From: Gonapodya sp. JEL0774
Taxonomy: Eukaryota
Reading direction: 5' to 3'
DNA: 52,227 bases
Assembly (NCBI GenBank): GCA_027604505.1
Contig: JADIIX010000070.1
Coordinates: 62,001 to 114,227 of the forward strand
Both the position numbers and the translations under genes were made by a program. Below the pieces are notes generated by a model. The model had not been told where the DNA came from. It saw only the letters and a program-made list of their open reading frames with translations, and ran no database searches. Shown here piece by piece: positions 48,712-52,227 of this stretch (the stretch's first letter is position 1; each line of letters begins with the position of its first letter).

Positions 48712-49406
48712 CGAGCTCATCTTGGATGAGACAACGAAGTTTCGATCTTTGGCCTCTTTCTGTTTGTCCCCGCGTTATCCTTTGTGGTGAAGGCGGAAGA
48801 ATGGAGAATCCACAATTAAGTCTTCCAGAACAAGTTCTTCTTTCGTGACGAACCTACTCCAATTTATTTCAAGAAATCTCGGGCAATTGTATGGAAGACG
48901 TGAGAAGCAAGAGCAGGATGTAGTAGAGCGTGCATTGACACAGAAAGTCGGTGTTGTTTGATCCCCCACCCTCTCTCTCCATTTTGTTGGCCGAAACGCA
49001 CTTGCACTCCCAGTATAAAAAATTTACTGCACTACGAAAGGTAGTCCATTGGCTTTTCTTGATGTACCCATGGATGAGTTGATGCGCAATGGGAGACACC
49101 GACTAAATGTGTTTTTCCCTCTCGCCGTTCATATTTATGAGTGGAATAATTTGTGTCCCACATCTCTCAGTTGCCGTCAAAGTTGCCTTGAAAGGTAAGA
49201 ATTCCCAGTAGTACACTTCTTACCTCGGACAGCAGATGAAACTGCATACAGCTGTCGTCTCACTGTGGCAAGCGTTCTCTTTTCCCCGACTTCTCGGAAC
49301 TAATCGATATTCCCAACACCAGACTCTCGTCTAAACGTACAAAATAAACTAGTAAGGCCTATCACTGGAATGGGTTTTGACGAAATCCGAGCAACTCTCA
49401 CCTCGA

Positions 49407-51303
49407 ATGGTGCACAAGGTGAGGGCTTTCAGTCGACCATGCTTAGACCCCCAAAATAGTTCAAATGACGTGTTTCGTTGTTGGCGCAAAATAATGATTC
49501 AGCTGCCCATCCCAAGTTGCCCAAACAGTCCCACCAGCACTTTCCCCAACTTGTGTCCCAGTGGCCCAAATCACCACTTCCCGTCGATCGCATCTCCAAC
49601 AGACCTTTGCGGCTGGATGGCTCTATCCACAACCTGGAAGTCTTCGGGGAGATTCCCAAGTCCTTGAACGGGACCTTCTTCCGTGCGTCGCCCGACCCAT
49701 CGCAGCCACCAAAGATGCTGGACAACCCTCTTTTCGCATTCAACATCGATGGAGACGGCCACATCTCGGCTTTCACTATCAAGGATGGTCATGTCGACTG
49801 GACTGGACGATACGTTCGCACCGACAGATTCCTAGTCGATAGGGCGGCAAGGGAGACTCTCTTCGGCATCTACCGGAATCCATTCTCCCGCCACCCGACT
49901 GCGAAAGATGTTGATGAGAGTACAGCCAATACCAACGCCTTTTTTCATGCTGGGAAACTCCTCGCTCTGAAGGAGAATGGTCAAGCGTACGAGTTGGACC
50001 CCGTCACACTGGAGACCAAGGGCAAGAACCCATTCAACTTGCGATCAAAGACCTTTACAGCTCACCCAAAAGTCGACGCTACCACTGGTGTTCTTGTGGG
50101 CTTTGGGTACGAGTCAGCGGGCTTCATGACCAAGGACGTCTCGTACTTTGAAATCGGTCCCGACGGGAAGGTCCTGATAGAGCTATCATTTGACTGGCCC
50201 TTTGTAGCCTTCAGCCACGACTGCGCCCTCAGTAAGTTCACTCGTTGAATCCTCTTGTTGTGCGATCGATGTCCCTGATTAAACCAGTCGACCTTCTTAT
50301 CATTTTAACCTTACCATCAACGTGTTTTCTCCAGCTAAAAACTATTTCATCATCTACAACTGGTCATTTGAGGCGAATCTCGAGCAAATGCAAGCGGGGG
50401 GTCCTCACTGGACATTTGACGGCTCTCGACCTGTCAACTTCGCCGTCATTCCCCGCGGGTGCAAGGATCCCAGCCAAATCAAGATCTTCAAAGGGCGCCC
50501 TGGTCAGCCTGGTCATACGGCTGGCGCTTGGGAATCAGAGGACGGAAAGATACAAGTTGAGACGACCATGCTGCGAGGGAGCTCGTTCCTGATGTTCCCA
50601 TCAAGGAATTTGGATGAGAACTCGAACGAGCAACCCAAGATCCCAGGATTGTCCAACAATGTTGTTCGGTGAGTGCATGTGGATGAATAATCGACGCTTT
50701 TACTGGCAACTGCGCACGAACATCGCTAATGCACACTCCTGTCCTACTTTTGTTTTGTTTCATCAAAGCTGGACTATCGACCCCTCGACGGAAAACCTCT
50801 CAGCTTTAGCGGAGCCCGAAAACATTCTCGACGCAGTTTGCGAGGTTCCGAGAATTGATGAACGATCGATCGGCACTGGTTTGGGAAAGTTCAATCGCAT
50901 TTGGATATCTGCAAATGTTGGATCTTTTGCCGGACTTGCGTTCAACACTTTGATTCAGGCTGATAAGGACACGGGGGTACAACGCCGCTTCGAACCGTGA
51001 GTGATTTTTGATTTTGATCGTAAATGAGGCGCGGTTCAATAATGGGCTAACGCCATATTTCATAGCGGTTCACTAGCGTCTGTCCAAGAGTGCGTGTTTA
51101 TACCTCGCTCTCCCGATTCTCCGGAAGGCGATGGCTATGTCATGGTGCTCGTTGTGCGAGAAGACAACGCGTCAACGGAGTTGACCATCATTGACACCAA
51201 CAACTTTGAAACTCCCATTGCTGTTGCAAGGTTGCCGTTCATGATGCCCACGGGCATTCACGGAAACTGGGTCGACGCTTCGCGTATCCCAGGTCACATT
51301 TGA
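49407..51303 (+). CDS. Carotenoid cleavage oxygenase family, lignostilbene/resveratrol dioxygenase-like, multi-exon
   Basis: LEVFGEIPKSLNGTFFRASPDP; IDGDGHIS; RYVRTDRF; LFGIYRNPF; STANTN..HAGKLLALKE; four Fe-ligand His in TAHPK, FSHDC, PGHTAGAWE and GIHGNW; CEVPRIDER; QECVFIPR..PEGDGY. Confidence 0.93.
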
Positions 51304-51674
51304 TTGAGTTTAGTTCTGTAGTTTCTTTGTGTGGCAATATATGATCCTAGGTATCCAAGAATATCCAGGAAGCTCAATTGCATTCATCTTTGAAAGTCAC
51401 CGTATTTGCATAGACGTTTATCCGTTCCTGGGCGTGTGACGTGGACATGGCGATCAGCCTTCGCATCCCCCTTCGCACATTATCCACCCGCCACCATTCG
51501 ATCCCCCACACCGCCTCCCCACCAATCACTCATCCCATCTCGCAACAGATCCTTGCAGTCATGGGCATCAACAACAAGATCTCCACCCGGAAATTCAAAA
51601 ACAAAAAGTTCGACACCTATTGAGCTACAATAAGTATAAGTTTTTAGCACGGAAGAGTCCCTATGCTTCCCAAA

Positions 51675-51912
51675 GCCATTCCCATCCCATCAATAAGCAT
51701 TGGAAACTACATCCAGCCCATCCCATCCTCGAAGAATCATGGAGAAGTTACAGAATCTTCATTCAATCCCATCCCATCCCATCCCATCCCGAATGAAATT
51801 TGGAAAAGTTTCAGAATCTTCGTCCCGTTCCATCCCATTGTGAATGGGATTTGGTGAATTCTATTTTCGAAATTTTGTCAGAATCTTCATCCCATCCTAT
51901 CCCATCCTGAAT
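51675..51912. repeat. Compound repeat: (CCCAT)n runs interspersed with three CAGAATCTTC-containing units
   Basis: CAGAATCTTC at 51751, 51812 and 51879 (spacing 61 and 67 bp), each followed by CCCAT-like pentamers. Confidence 0.75.
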
Positions 51913-52090
51913 GATCACATGCAAGCTATCTCCTGGCTGGGATGAATGAGCCTGGAGAGTTCGTCATTAGTTGTGTAGCAATTGATCCGCAGGTCTTGTC
52001 AAGGCCGGTCTCTCTGTGATGTCCCGTACTTGGGGATGGAAGGATAGCTCGTAAGTATGATGTATCGGTCGGCTGTATGTAGTTTAGGGT

Positions 52091-52200
52091 GTGTACAGCC
52101 AGCACATTATTGCGCACAATAAGTAGTTACGTGCACCAATAAGGGCGTGTACGGCCAGCACATTATTGTGCACGATAAGTAGTTATGTGCACGAATAAAT
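52091..52200. repeat. Two-copy 56-bp tandem repeat with an internal palindrome
   Basis: GTGTAC.GCCAGCACATTATTG.GCAC.ATAAGTAGTTA.GTGCAC.AATAA at 52091 and 52147. Confidence 0.85.
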
Positions 52201-52227
52201 AGTTTTTGCACGGATTTGGATTATGTG

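Overview
Intron-rich eukaryotic DNA, almost certainly fungal, since it carries a complete LYS2 alpha-aminoadipate reductase. Gene content and many short GT-AG introns suggest an early-diverging (zoosporic) fungus, but this is inference. All gene models were spliced by hand, so internal exon boundaries are approximate. Recognisable genes are LYS2, an SDR, an APC-family amino-acid permease, a beta-lactamase-family serine hydrolase, a stilbene/carotenoid cleavage dioxygenase and a large Gly-rich hypothetical protein. Three things stand out. (1) Five receptor-like genes share the layout signal peptide - variable ectodomain (Cys-rich, Pro/Thr-rich or plant-type LRR) - stalk - single TM - atypical SH3. 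Four of them also share motifs flanking the SH3 that I cannot assign to a known domain. (2) A secreted AA9-LPMO-fold plus expansin-like DPBB fusion appears to have lost the catalytic residues of both domains. (3) A decayed, intronless Prim-Pol/D5-SF3 primase-helicase looks like an endogenous DNA-virus or Polinton-like relic.
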